DNA of 64,000 bases from Myxococcota bacterium (GTDB lineage Bacteria; Myxococcota_A; UBA9160; PR03), in assembly GCA_039794265.1 (NCBI GenBank), contig JBDIVR010000015.1:33164-97163 (forward strand). The letters run 5' to 3'. This document shows positions 7,545 to 16,580 of the stretch, one piece after another. The translations under genes were made by a program, and so were the position numbers. The notes below the pieces were generated by a model, which saw nothing but the letters and a program-made list of their open reading frames with translations, ran no database searches and was not told the origin of the DNA. How positions within the stretch are numbered: position 1 is the first letter of the stretch; every line of letters begins with the position of its first letter.

Positions 7545-9509
7545 ATGAGCCGCGCGAGCGCCGACTCCCTGCCGCCGATGCTGCCCGCGCCGCGCGCGGC
7601 GACGCGCCGGCCCGGACGCTTCGCCCTCCGCGACGGCCTGCCGATCGTGCTCGAACCCGATAGCGACGACAGGGATTTCTCCACCGCCTGCGCGCTGCGC
7701 GATGCCGTGGCGCGCGCGGCGGGCATCCGCCTCGTCATCGAGACGAGGCGCCGACGCAATGACCTCGGCCCGGACATCGCGTTGCGCTGCGAGGGGAACT
7801 CCGGTGACGCCTACCGCCTGCGCATCGCCGCGAGCGGCGTCGAGCTGAGCGGCGCCGGACCGGCGGGACTCCGCTATGGCGTCGAGACGCTCGGCCAGCT
7901 CGTCGATCGTCGCGGCGCGCTTCCCGCGTGCGACATCGACGACGCACCGGATTTCGCCGCGCGCGGCCTCCTGCTCGACGTCTCGCGCGGCAAGGTGCCG
8001 ACGGAAGCGGAGCTGCGCAGGCTCGTCGACCTGTGCGTGCGGCTCAAGCTGAACGTCCTGATGCTCTACGTCGAGCACACGTTCTGCTGGCGACGACACC
8101 CGGACATCGGCGCCGATGCCGATGGGCTCGACGCGGAGACGCTGCGCGCACTGGACGCCTATGCCGCCGCGCGGCACGTAGAGCTCGTTCCGAACCAGCA
8201 ATCCCTCGGGCACATGGAGCAGATCCTGAAGCTGCCGGCCTATGCGGCGCTCGCCGAGACGGACGCGCGCTGGACGCTCGCATGCGCCGATCCGCGCACC
8301 TACGAGCTGTTGCACGACCTCTACGACGAGATGTTGCCGAACTTCCGTTCCCGGCTGTTCCACGCCAACTGCGACGAGGCCTGGGACCTGGGGCGCGGCC
8401 GCTCGCGTGAGCTCGCCGAATCGCTCGGGCCGGGAGGCCTGTTCCTCGAACATGTACGCCGGGTGCGCGATCTCGCCCGGGAACACGGTCGACGGACCGC
8501 GATCTGGGCCGACTTCGTCCACGCGCATCCGGAACGCATCCCCGAGTTTCCCACCGACGTGTTGCTCTGCGAATGGTGGTACGAAGCGGACTTCGACTTC
8601 GATCGGGTCCGGGTCTTTGCCGAACACGAGCTCGAGTTCTGGGTCTGCCCCGGTACGTCGTCGTGGAACTGCCTGTTCCCCCGCCAGGACAACGCGCTCA
8701 CCAACGTCGCACGCTGGGCCGACGCCGGACGGCGTCACGGCGCCACCGGCCTGCTGATGACCGACTGGGGCGACGGGGGCCACTACAACCTGCTCGGCAA
8801 TTCGTGGCTCGGCTACGCGTGGGCGGCCCAGCAGGCGTGGAGCGGAGACATGCCACCGGCTTCCTTCGATCGCGCGTTCGGCCGCGTGCTGTTCGGCGAC
8901 GGCAGCGGCGAAGCGGCCCGCCTGTATCGCGAGCTCGGAGCGCTCCACGATGCCGGCTTCCCGGTCTTCAACGCGTCCCCGCTGCAGTTCCTCTTCTTCG
9001 ACGACCTCGAGGAAGCCTGGTTCGTGCGCGGCGTCGCTCCGCGCGTGGCCGGGCGTACGCTGGCCCGGCTCGAACGCGTGCAGGCGCGCCTGGCCGGCGC
9101 AGCCGATCGCTTCGGCGCCGACACACAGACGTACCAGGAGCTCTGCTACGCGGCCGATGCGTCGCTGCTGGCGCTGCGCAGGGCCCTCGCGGGCCGACGC
9201 TGGATCGCGTGGCGCGAGCAGCCGGATCGGCTCGCCGCGCGGGCGCGGCGAGCACTCGCGCGCGAGCTGGCGACGCTCGCGAGCGAACAGCGCGAGCTGG
9301 CGACGCGCCTGCGCCGGCTGTGGCGAGCGCGCAGCCGGTCGTCGAACTTCGAACTCACCGGACGGCGACTCGCGCGCGCGATCTCCAGCACCGCGCGTGC
9401 AGCGCGCGCGCTCGAGCGCAATCGCCCGCCGGCGCCGCCGGCGCCGCACGAAGGCTTCACGATGGGCGCGGTGTTCCGACACCTGAAGGAGTCGCTGTCC
9501 GGCGGCTGA
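7545..9509 (+). CDS. glycoside hydrolase family 20-like protein (beta-N-acetylhexosaminidase-like), no signal peptide
   Basis: 654-aa ORF with an ATG start. The TIM-barrel start reads DAPDFAARGLLLDVSRGKVPT...LKLNVLMLYVEH and the catalytic-pair region reads FHANCDEAWDLG. There is no N-terminal hydrophobic segment. Confidence 0.75.
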   Translation: MSRASADSLPPMLPAPRAATRRPGRFALRDGLPIVLEPDSDDRDFSTACALRDAVARAAGIRLVIETRRRRNDLGPDIALRCEGNSGDAYRLRIAASGVELSGAGPAGLRYGVETLGQLVDRRGALPACDIDDAPDFAARGLLLDVSRGKVPTEAELRRLVDLCVRLKLNVLMLYVEHTFCWRRHPDIGADADGLDAETLRALDAYAAARHVELVPNQQSLGHMEQILKLPAYAALAETDARWTLACADPRTYELLHDLYDEMLPNFRSRLFHANCDEAWDLGRGRSRELAESLGPGGLFLEHVRRVRDLAREHGRRTAIWADFVHAHPERIPEFPTDVLLCEWWYEADFDFDRVRVFAEHELEFWVCPGTSSWNCLFPRQDNALTNVARWADAGRRHGATGLLMTDWGDGGHYNLLGNSWLGYAWAAQQAWSGDMPPASFDRAFGRVLFGDGSGEAARLYRELGALHDAGFPVFNASPLQFLFFDDLEEAWFVRGVAPRVAGRTLARLERVQARLAGAADRFGADTQTYQELCYAADASLLALRRALAGRRWIAWREQPDRLAARARRALARELATLASEQRELATRLRRLWRARSRSSNFELTGRRLARAISSTARAARALERNRPPAPPAPHEGFTMGAVFRHLKESLSGG

Positions 9510-10875
9510 CCCGAACCGGCGCCGGCGGCTCGCTCCAGATCCGGCGGGCGATGCCGGCCAGGTAGACCGATCCCGTCGCAATCACCAGTTCGTCGGCGCC
9601 GGCGGACTCCCGCGCGGCGCGCAACGCGAGATGGGGATTCGGCACCACGCGCATCGCCACACCCGGCGCGACGGCGCGAGCCGCGACCGCGATCTCGTCG
9701 GGAGCCAGCGAGCGGGTCGGCTCGGCCCGCGTGACGGTGACGCAGGCGGCGAGTGGCAGTAGCGCCGCGAGGATCGCCGGCAGATCCTTGCCGGCCGACA
9801 CCGACAGCACGAGATGCACCGCCGTACGCGGTACGCAGGCGAGTGCCGTCGCGAGCGCCTCCGCCGACGCCGCGGTGTGCGCCGCATCGACGACGAGCCA
9901 CGGCGCACGACCGACCCGCTCGACGCGTCCCGGAAGACGGGCGCCGGCGAATCCGCGCACGACCGCCGCGGCCAGCGCGGCATCGTCGTGCGCCGCGAGG
10001 CGCCGCACGCACGCGAGCGCGAGCGCCGCGCTGGCGGCCTGGTGAGCGCCGAGAACCGGCAGCGTCGCGTCGACGGCGAACGCGCCGTCGCGCAGCGCCA
10101 GCGCGAGTCCGTCGAGCGTCGCGGGTCCGCGCAGCGCGGCGTCGAACTCGCGACCGAACCGCGTGACCGGGACGCCGAGCTGCTCGGCGCGCGCGAGCAC
10201 CACCGCTTCGGCAGCCGGCGGAAGCGCGCCGAGCACCAGCGGTCGCGCGGGTTTCAGGATGCCTGCCTTCTCCGCAGCGATCGCCGCGACGGTCGCCCCG
10301 AGCCGATCGGTGTGTTCGAGCTCGATCGTCGTGATGCACGTGACCGCCGGGTCGACGGCGTTCGTCGAATCGAGCCGGCCGCCGAGACCGACTTCCAGGA
10401 TCACGCGATCGAGCCCGGCGTCCGCGAACAGCAGCAGCGCGGCGGCGGTCGTCGCGTCGAAGAAGGTCGGCGTGTTCGCCGGATCTTCGGCGCGCAGCGC
10501 CTCGACGTGGGGACGCAAGCGGGAGACGGCGGCGGCGAGGCGCGCGCCCTCCACCTCGACCCCGCCGATCCGGAAGCGCTCGGTCCAGCGCTCGAGATGC
10601 GGCGACGTGAAGGTTCCGACCCGCTCACCAGCGGCGCCGAGCAATGCCTCGGTCAACAGCGCCGTCGAGCCCTTGCCCTTCGAGCCGGCGATGTGGACCA
10701 CCGAGAGGCCGTCGTGGGGGTTCCCGAGTCGTGCGAGGAGTCGGCGGATCGGCTCGAGTCCGAGCCGGCGGTACGGCAGAGCAGGAAGACGCTCGACGTT
10801 GATCAGGCCCTCGAGCCAGGCGGCGGCGTCGGCGAGGGTCTCGATCGGGCGCTCCGGGGAGAAGGGGTCGGCCAC
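9457..10875 (-). CDS. folC: bifunctional folylpolyglutamate synthase / dihydrofolate synthase
   Basis: 472-aa ORF with a GTG start. It has the Mur-ligase P-loop VHIAGSKGKGST and TSPHLERWTERF. Its 3' end overlaps the convergent GH20 gene by 53 nt. Confidence 0.85.
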   Translation of the reverse strand: MADPFSPERPIETLADAAAWLEGLINVERLPALPYRRLGLEPIRRLLARLGNPHDGLSVVHIAGSKGKGSTALLTEALLGAAGERVGTFTSPHLERWTERFRIGGVEVEGARLAAAVSRLRPHVEALRAEDPANTPTFFDATTAAALLLFADAGLDRVILEVGLGGRLDSTNAVDPAVTCITTIELEHTDRLGATVAAIAAEKAGILKPARPLVLGALPPAAEAVVLARAEQLGVPVTRFGREFDAALRGPATLDGLALALRDGAFAVDATLPVLGAHQAASAALALACVRRLAAHDDAALAAAVVRGFAGARLPGRVERVGRAPWLVVDAAHTAASAEALATALACVPRTAVHLVLSVSAGKDLPAILAALLPLAACVTVTRAEPTRSLAPDEIAVAARAVAPGVAMRVVPNPHLALRAARESAGADELVIATGSVYLAGIARRIWSEPPAPVRVSRRTATPSGVGTPRPS

Positions 10876-10926
10876 AGGCGCAGCATAGCCGCCGGCACGA
10901 CCGCGACCGGCGGCTCGGAGGGCGTT

Positions 10927-10952
10927 GCGGGCGGCCCTTCCGGGCCGCCCGC
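10927..10952 (-). terminator. GC-rich hairpin (11-bp perfect stem, GGAA loop) between the small Zn-ribbon gene and folC
   Basis: On the minus strand it reads GCGGGCGGCCC-ggaa-GGGCCGCCCGC. There is no U-tract, so it could be a terminator, attenuator or RNA-stabilising element. Confidence 0.3.
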
Positions 10953-10972
10953 GCGGGACGCCTCGCCCCGCG

Positions 10973-11299
10973 TCACTGGACCATGTAGCGCTTCCACTGG
11001 CGGTAGTTGGTCACCGCCTCGCTGGTCCCGGTGTTCGCGGGGTAGTAGAACTTGAGCGCGTAGCCGCACTCCTTGCAGATCTTGTAGGCGAATTTGAAGC
11101 CGTCCACTTCGCGAGTCGATCCGACGATCTCGCGATTCTCGTCGCTACAACATGGCGACGGGCTCGGCGGGGAGACGATCTTCTTCGGGTACTCGTTGCG
11201 CGGCCCCTCCTCGGCCGTGTAGCGGATGATGTTCTTGATGATGCGATGGTTCCTCGCATCGGTGTTCTGCTTGCGGATGTTGCTGCCGATTCTCCTCAA
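10973..11299 (-). CDS. small basic protein with a putative CC...CxxC zinc ribbon, unknown family
   Basis: 108-aa ORF with consistently G/C-ending codons despite a Lys/Asn/Tyr-rich product. Its TTG start forms a TTGA overlap with the NRDE gene stop. The SD GAGGAAGG ends 5 nt upstream. Cys pattern: PCCSDE...X22...CKECGY. Confidence 0.55.
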   Translation of the reverse strand: MRRIGSNIRKQNTDARNHRIIKNIIRYTAEEGPRNEYPKKIVSPPSPSPCCSDENREIVGSTREVDGFKFAYKICKECGYALKFYYPANTGTSEAVTNYRQWKRYMVQ

Positions 11300-12078
11300 C
11301 TCGCCTTCCTCGTCGCCGTCTCCCCCGAGCCGGCCGAGGCCGTGCGCCCCAGCTCTGCCAGGAGAGGAGTGAAATCGTCGTAGGGACTCGTGCAGGGGGG
11401 GCCGTCCGCATGCTCGAGCAGATCGTCGTGGTCCGAGCCCAGTCGCAGCAGCGTCGAGCTACGCGTGCCGTAGCCGCCGCGATGCACGCAGGTGTCGCCA
11501 GTCGCATCGGAATCGTCGCCATGGGTCCGGCACAGCTCTGCCAGCCCGTCTCGAACCGCGCGCGCCGGTCCGCTCGCGACGCGTTCGGCGCGTTCCATCG
11601 TGCGGCGGATCCTGGCAACGGCGCGGTCGTCGGGATCGGCGTTGCCGACGACGTGGACGCCCGGCGCCAGGGAGAGCAGGAGCGGAGCCGTTTCGTATAC
11701 GACCGCGAACGCGTCTTGCGCGTCGGCGAGAAACAGGTTGCAGGGGTTGTACAGGCCCGACTCGAGCGCGGCGGCGCGTTCCGCAGCCTGCCGGGCGGAA
11801 CTCGCTGCGAGCAGATCGACGACGAGCTGGCCGCGCGACCGGCGCGTCGCGTCGAGCTGCGCGGTCGGACGGTTCGTCACGGCCGCAAACACGCCCATCG
11901 GATTGATCCCCCACCAGGTCCCGCCGGCGCGCCGATCGAGCGGCGCGACGATCGGCCCCGAAGGCCCCTCGCGCAGCGCAGGCCCGTCGGCCGGACGGTC
12001 GAGATATTCGTCGCGGTTCGCGGCGACCCAGAGCGGGGCGCCGGCGGCGCAACGGTGGAGGGCGACGAGCGTACACAT
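11296..12078 (-). CDS. NRDE family protein (TANGO2/DUF833-like)
   Basis: I place the start at the ATG at 12078, giving the N-terminus MCTLVAL (Cys2, as in Ntn-type folds). The signature WVAANRDEYLDRP is present. The track ORF extends 39 codons further upstream without support. Confidence 0.8.
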   Translation of the reverse strand: MCTLVALHRCAAGAPLWVAANRDEYLDRPADGPALREGPSGPIVAPLDRRAGGTWWGINPMGVFAAVTNRPTAQLDATRRSRGQLVVDLLAASSARQAAERAAALESGLYNPCNLFLADAQDAFAVVYETAPLLLSLAPGVHVVGNADPDDRAVARIRRTMERAERVASGPARAVRDGLAELCRTHGDDSDATGDTCVHRGGYGTRSSTLLRLGSDHDDLLEHADGPPCTSPYDDFTPLLAELGRTASAGSGETATRKAS

Positions 12079-12189
12079 CACGAGCCTCTCACCCGCACGA
12101 AACGGAACTTTCGGGAGGTCTTCCCGGGAACGCGCTCGGGGGGGCACAGGTGCAGAAGGCGCGCGCAGTGTACCAATGTTCACCCCGGG

Positions 12190-12204
12190 GGGCAAGGGCC
12201 TTGC
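12190..12204 (+). promoter_or_regulatory. orphan sigma-54-like motif (gGGCAAgggccTTGC)
   Basis: GG-N10-GC spacing is correct, with one mismatch in the -24 box. It points into the 3' end of the patatin gene (antisense). Two small hairpins (TTCCG-ggcg-CGGAA and TCCGA-ggac-TCGGA) follow at 12209-12236. Confidence 0.2.
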
Positions 12205-12422
12205 AAAAAGCTTGATTCCGGGCGCGGAATCCGAGGACTCGGATGATGCCGTCAGGGACGCCCAGGGCTTCGCATGGCGAACCAGGAGCGTTCGTCATCG
12301 AGATCCACGACCTCACCCCGCGCCGTGAAGCGGCCGAGACTGAAGTGTTGTCGGGGCAGAGCCCTCATCGATGGCTCCGCTCGCCGACGCTCGCATCTCC
12401 CGGGCGGGACACGCGCGGCCGA

Positions 12423-13796
12423 TCAAGCGCTCTCGGTGCGCACCAACCGCAGCGGCGCTCGCGCGTCGGATTCCGGCGCGGTGCCGCCGTCCTCTCCGGC
12501 CGGCTGCAGCCAGCCGCGCTCGGCCCGCACGCGATCGGCCTTCTTGCGGGCCGCGTCGCGACTCATCTCGAGACCGTAGTGGCCGAGCACGTCGGACACG
12601 GCATCGAAGTTCTGCTCGAGCGTCATGCGCACGGACTCGAAGCCGTGCTGGATCGCGTCAGCGCGCTTCCAGAACGCCAGCGGGTTCACGTTGAAGAACT
12701 CGGCGTCGCGCTCGCGCGGCTCGAGCAGCAGGATGTCGCCCTGGAAACGGTCGTCCGTCAGGTAGCGCTGCAGGCCGAGCTTCAGCCGCGAGTGCAACAG
12801 CGTGCGGAAGACCTGATTGAGAACCACCTTCAGGCCGCGATCGGACAGATAGCGGCCGTTCGCGAAGTAGGGACCGGTTCCGCCCTCGGCGTCGGTCCGG
12901 TTCAGGAACGGGCGGAACGGGTTGTAGCAGATGATCAGGTCTGCCCCCTTCTCGATCGCGACGTCGATACTGGCGGTATGTCGCACACCGCCATCGACGT
13001 AGTCGACGCCGTTGATCCGCGCCGGCTTGTAGAAGAGCGGCAGCGCCGTCGAGGCCTGGACGGCTTGCGCGATCGTCGCGTCGCAGCGCTCATCCGGGCC
13101 GAAGAGCTCGCGCTCGGCGGTATCGAGATCACACGCGGTGATGTACAGCGAGCGGTTGCGCTTGCGCTGGAAGGCGCGGAAGTCGTTGGGCATGCGCATG
13201 CGCTCGAGGTTCCTGCGCAGCCAGTACTCGAGACTGGCGTTGTCGAAGAAACCCGACGGGATGTGATTGGTGAGCGCCGGAATCTCCCGTGTCGGCGAAA
13301 CGTGCTGGAGCAATGCGAGGACGGCCGTCTCGAAGTGCACGTAGCTCGGTGCGCTCACGAAGCGGCGCAACGGAATCCCGACGACCTCGGGCAAGCGCGG
13401 CAGTGCGCGCAGGAAGTCGGCGCTGATCCCGGGCAGGAACGCCAGCAGGTCGTAGCTGAGCTTCGCCGGACGTCCGATGAACTCGCGCCAGTTCGGGTTG
13501 TAGAAATCGGTCGGGCGCAGCTGGTCCATCCGGCGGCTGCGGCCCTCGAGCACGCGGATCATCTCGCTCGGGGAGACGCCGCTGGCGAGTGCGACCGCGA
13601 GGATCGAGCCGGCGGAGAGTCCGACGTACGTGTTGAAGTCGGTGATCTTCCGTCCGACCAGGAAGTCGTCCAGCGCCTTCAGGCCGCCGACCTTGAAGGC
13701 GCCGCCGGAGACCGCACCTCCCGCCAGCACGAGGGCGATCCGCGGATCGCGTTTGGGGCGAGCGCCCCGGCTCTTCCGGATCAGCGTCAGGCCCAC
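12423..13796 (-). CDS. patatin-like phospholipase
   Basis: It has the oxyanion region LAGGAVSGGAFKVGGL, the nucleophile elbow GLSAGS and the catalytic Asp motif VDGGV. The start is uncertain. I chose the GTG at 13796 (VGLTLIRKSRG...) because the upstream 150 codons of the track ORF are Arg-rich and not protein-like. Confidence 0.75.
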   Translation of the reverse strand: MGLTLIRKSRGARPKRDPRIALVLAGGAVSGGAFKVGGLKALDDFLVGRKITDFNTYVGLSAGSILAVALASGVSPSEMIRVLEGRSRRMDQLRPTDFYNPNWREFIGRPAKLSYDLLAFLPGISADFLRALPRLPEVVGIPLRRFVSAPSYVHFETAVLALLQHVSPTREIPALTNHIPSGFFDNASLEYWLRRNLERMRMPNDFRAFQRKRNRSLYITACDLDTAERELFGPDERCDATIAQAVQASTALPLFYKPARINGVDYVDGGVRHTASIDVAIEKGADLIICYNPFRPFLNRTDAEGGTGPYFANGRYLSDRGLKVVLNQVFRTLLHSRLKLGLQRYLTDDRFQGDILLLEPRERDAEFFNVNPLAFWKRADAIQHGFESVRMTLEQNFDAVSDVLGHYGLEMSRDAARKKADRVRAERGWLQPAGEDGGTAPESDARAPLRLVRTESA

Positions 13797-14241
13797 GCAG
13801 TCCCTCCAGCTCGGCGCCAGGCCTCGCGGCGGTCCTCCCGCCGGTCCCCGGCTTCGCCCTGTCGGTCTCGCCTTCTCCAGTGGGTGCCCTCGAACGCCCG
13901 TTCGGTAGCGTTCGACCCTCCGATGCAGCGCGTTACGATACCGGGACGTGACCCGCGAGTCGACTGAAATCGTCGGACGCGCTCGGTTGTCCCTGTCGCA
14001 AATCCGACACTCGAGACCAGACTTTAGAGAGACTTCCCGAGGATTCGCATGGATGGGGACGAGGGGCCGGCCGTGCTGCGGCGCGTCGGCAGCGCCCGGA
14101 CCGTCGTGGAGAACGCGGATCGGGGCAGCGGCGTCGCTGCGATGCCGGGTCGTCCGCGGGCTCGATTCGATGGCGGACCCGCGCTGTGGTACCACTGGAA
14201 TGTCGCTGCCCCGAGGCGGCCCTTCGTGAAGGTGACGGCGC

Positions 14242-15705
14242 ATGATGCGCCCCCACAGGCGTCTCCTCCCTTGCCATTGCGGGTCCTCCGTGTGCGGCGC
14301 GCGCCGGCGGCGGGTCCGTCTCGTCGCCCTCGCGACCGCGACGCTGGTGGTTCAGCTCGCTTGCGCCAGCCGCCCCTCCAGTACGGCGCCTGCGCCCGGC
14401 GGAGCGGACCCTGATCCGAATCGCTCCGATCCCGCCGCGTCGGTGCCGGATCCCTACGACCCCGCCGACCCCTACGACCCCGCCGACCCGGTCGATCCGA
14501 ACGGCTCCAGCGCGGGAAACCGCGCGCAGAGCATGATGGAGGGGATGCTGCTCGGCGCGATGATCGGCGCGTCGATGGGACCCATCGGCGCGCTCGCGGT
14601 CGGAACCATGGCAGGGCTCTACGGCGCCGTGACGGGGGACGTGCCGTTCGGCATCCCCGGTGGTGGAGGCGGCGGCGGCCGCAGCGGCGGCGCCGAGGCG
14701 CAGCGAGAGGCCGAGATCGAGGACGAGCTCCAACGGCAGGCATCGCTCGAGACCGAGATCGAGGAGGAGCTGCGACGACAAGAGGATCTGCTGCGCGAAA
14801 TCGATTCCGAGCAGACACCGCCGGCGGAGCCGCCCGCGGACGAGGCGACCCGCCCGCCTTCTCCGTCGAAGCCGGCCGCAACTCCGTCGCCGGCAGCCGC
14901 AGCCGAGCCGAGCGCTGCGGAGATGGCCGAGCGCGCCGATCCCCGCGCGGCCCCGCGCGCGCCGAGCCCCCGCGATCTACCGCTCTCGATCTTCGACGAG
15001 ACGAAATCCGAGATCCCGGCCGGGACGTGGGGCAACGACCGGAAGATCCCCGTGTTGGTTCGCTCGCTCGATGCCGACCGGGACGGCAAGCCCGAGGAGC
15101 TGCGCTACTTCGACCGCCAGACGGGCGCCCTGCTCCGGATCGAAGCGGACCGCGACTACGACGGGCGGATCGACGCCTGGACGATGTACGAGAACGGCGT
15201 CGTCGTTGCGCGGCAGCTCGACGAAAACGGCGACGGAAATCCGGACGTCTGGGAACGCTACGAGGCCGGTGTCATGGTCTCCCGAGAGGTCGATCGCGAC
15301 GGCAGCGGTTCCCGCGACGCCTTCTACGTCTTCTCCGGTGGCTCGCTCGTGGAAGAGCGCCACGATCAAAGCGGTGACGGGAACATCGACCGCATCGTCT
15401 ACTACGAGGGGCGGCGCATCGTGCGCAGCGAAGAGGATCGCGACCAGAATGGAGCGATCGATGTCTGGTCCCGCTACGAGACGGGACCGGACGGTCGAGA
15501 GGTCGTCACCCGCGTCGAACGCGATACGAACGCCGACGGGCGGCCCGACACCTTCGAGTCGTACGAGCAACAGGGGGACAAGACCGTTCTCGTCAGGCGC
15601 GAAGAGGACAAGAACAGCGACGGACAGGTCGACGTCACCTCGATCTACGAGAAGGGCAAGCTGGTGAAGCGCGAGATCGCCGACCCGGCCTTGACGCCCT
15701 TGTAA
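14242..15705 (+). CDS. secreted/lipo-protein with glycine-zipper segment, coiled coil, Pro-rich linker and 8 DxDxDG-type repeats
   Basis: 487-aa ORF. The signal-like N-terminus RRRRVRLVALATATLVVQLAC is an imperfect lipobox. Other segments are PYDPADPYDPADPVDP, MLLGAMIGASMGPIGALAVGTMAGLYG, the acidic heptads EIEDELQRQASLETEIEEELRRQEDLLREI, and then the repeats. The start could be a downstream GTG. Confidence 0.7.
   Translation: MMRPHRRLLPCHCGSSVCGARRRRVRLVALATATLVVQLACASRPSSTAPAPGGADPDPNRSDPAASVPDPYDPADPYDPADPVDPNGSSAGNRAQSMMEGMLLGAMIGASMGPIGALAVGTMAGLYGAVTGDVPFGIPGGGGGGGRSGGAEAQREAEIEDELQRQASLETEIEEELRRQEDLLREIDSEQTPPAEPPADEATRPPSPSKPAATPSPAAAAEPSAAEMAERADPRAAPRAPSPRDLPLSIFDETKSEIPAGTWGNDRKIPVLVRSLDADRDGKPEELRYFDRQTGALLRIEADRDYDGRIDAWTMYENGVVVARQLDENGDGNPDVWERYEAGVMVSREVDRDGSGSRDAFYVFSGGSLVEERHDQSGDGNIDRIVYYEGRRIVRSEEDRDQNGAIDVWSRYETGPDGREVVTRVERDTNADGRPDTFESYEQQGDKTVLVRREEDKNSDGQVDVTSIYEKGKLVKREIADPALTPL
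15070..15675 (+). repeat. eight tandem ~24-aa coding repeats (D-x-[DN]-x-D-G-x-x-D ... Y-E-x-G-x-h-h-x-x-E)
   Basis: Examples are DADRDGKPEELRYFD, DRDYDGRIDAWTMYENG, DENGDGNPDVWERYEAG, DRDGSGSRDAFYVFSGG, DQSGDGNIDRIVYYEG, DRDQNGAIDVWSRYE, DTNADGRPDTFESYEQ and DKNSDGQVDVTSIYEKG. Confidence 0.65.
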
Positions 15706-16562
15706 TGGGGTCCGCGAACTCGACGCCGTCCTCCGACTCGGAGATCCGAGCGCACCTCGCGGACATCGAGCGCGACGGCTTCACGATCGTCCGAAACGTC
15801 CTGTCCGCCGCCGAAGCGGATGCATTCGCAGAGGATCTCGGGCGTCTCGAGCACGAGCTCGGAATCGGCTTCGGACCCAACTCCTTCGAGGGCTTCCGAA
15901 CGACGCGGATCTACAACCTGCTGGTGCATGGCGAGCGCTTCCGGGAGATCCCCGTGCACCCACGCGTGTTGCCGATCGTCGAGGGCGTACTCGATCCGGG
16001 CTGTCTGATCTCATCGCTGTCTTCGATCGCGATCGGCCCGGACGAGGCGCCGCAGCCGATCCACGCCGACGATCAGCTGATCCCGCTTCCGAAGCCCCAC
16101 GTCGCGATCGTGTGCAACACGATGTGGGCGCTGACGGAGTTCACGGCGGAAAACGGCGCCACGCGCCTCGTCCCCGGGTCGCATCGGTCGGACCGCAGCC
16201 CCGACTACGGCACGAGCTACGACTCGATCCCCGCGGAGATGGAGAAGGGCAGCGTGCTGGTCTGGAACGGCAGTCTGTGGCACGGAGGCGGCGCCAACCA
16301 CACGAGCCAGCGACGCATCGGGATCGCCATGAACTATTGCGCGGGCTGGATCCGTCAGCAGGAGAACCAACAGCTCGGGATTCCGCGCGCGATCGCCCGT
16401 GGCTTCGCACCGCGCCTGCGCGAGCTGGTGGGTTACGGGGTGTACCGCGGCCTGATCGGTCACATCGACAAGCAGAGCCCGGTGTCCTTGCTCGGCGAAG
16501 GTGGCGATCTGGAAACGGTGTGGCAGGCCGCCGATCGTGCGGCGCGGCGGGGGGCCGAGTAG
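15705..16562 (+). CDS. phytanoyl-CoA dioxygenase (PhyH) family Fe(II)/2-oxoglutarate oxygenase
   Basis: 285-aa ORF. The facial-triad context is PIHADD...WHGGGAN with the Arg in SQRRIGI. Its ATG shares one base with the upstream TAA (TAATG at 15703-15707). Confidence 0.85.
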   Translation: MGSANSTPSSDSEIRAHLADIERDGFTIVRNVLSAAEADAFAEDLGRLEHELGIGFGPNSFEGFRTTRIYNLLVHGERFREIPVHPRVLPIVEGVLDPGCLISSLSSIAIGPDEAPQPIHADDQLIPLPKPHVAIVCNTMWALTEFTAENGATRLVPGSHRSDRSPDYGTSYDSIPAEMEKGSVLVWNGSLWHGGGANHTSQRRIGIAMNYCAGWIRQQENQQLGIPRAIARGFAPRLRELVGYGVYRGLIGHIDKQSPVSLLGEGGDLETVWQAADRAARRGAE

Positions 16563-16580
16563 CCCGGAGTCTCGGAACGC

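Noticed and set aside
7022-7777. N-terminal 252-codon extension of the GH36-HAD ORF
   Set aside because: The extension is Arg/Ser/Gly-rich and would run through the sigma-54-type promoter and leader of the divergent GH20 gene. The ATG at 7021 gives a sensible N-terminus.
14196-14209. TGGAATgtcgcTGCC upstream of the repeat-protein gene
   Set aside because: The GG to GC offset is 11 nt rather than 12 nt, and sigma-54 spacing is essentially invariant.
13797-14243. N-terminal extension of the patatin ORF to 14243
   Set aside because: The extra 149 aa are not protein-like (Arg/Pro/His-rich), and the patatin domain begins right after the GTG at 13796. The exact start remains uncertain.
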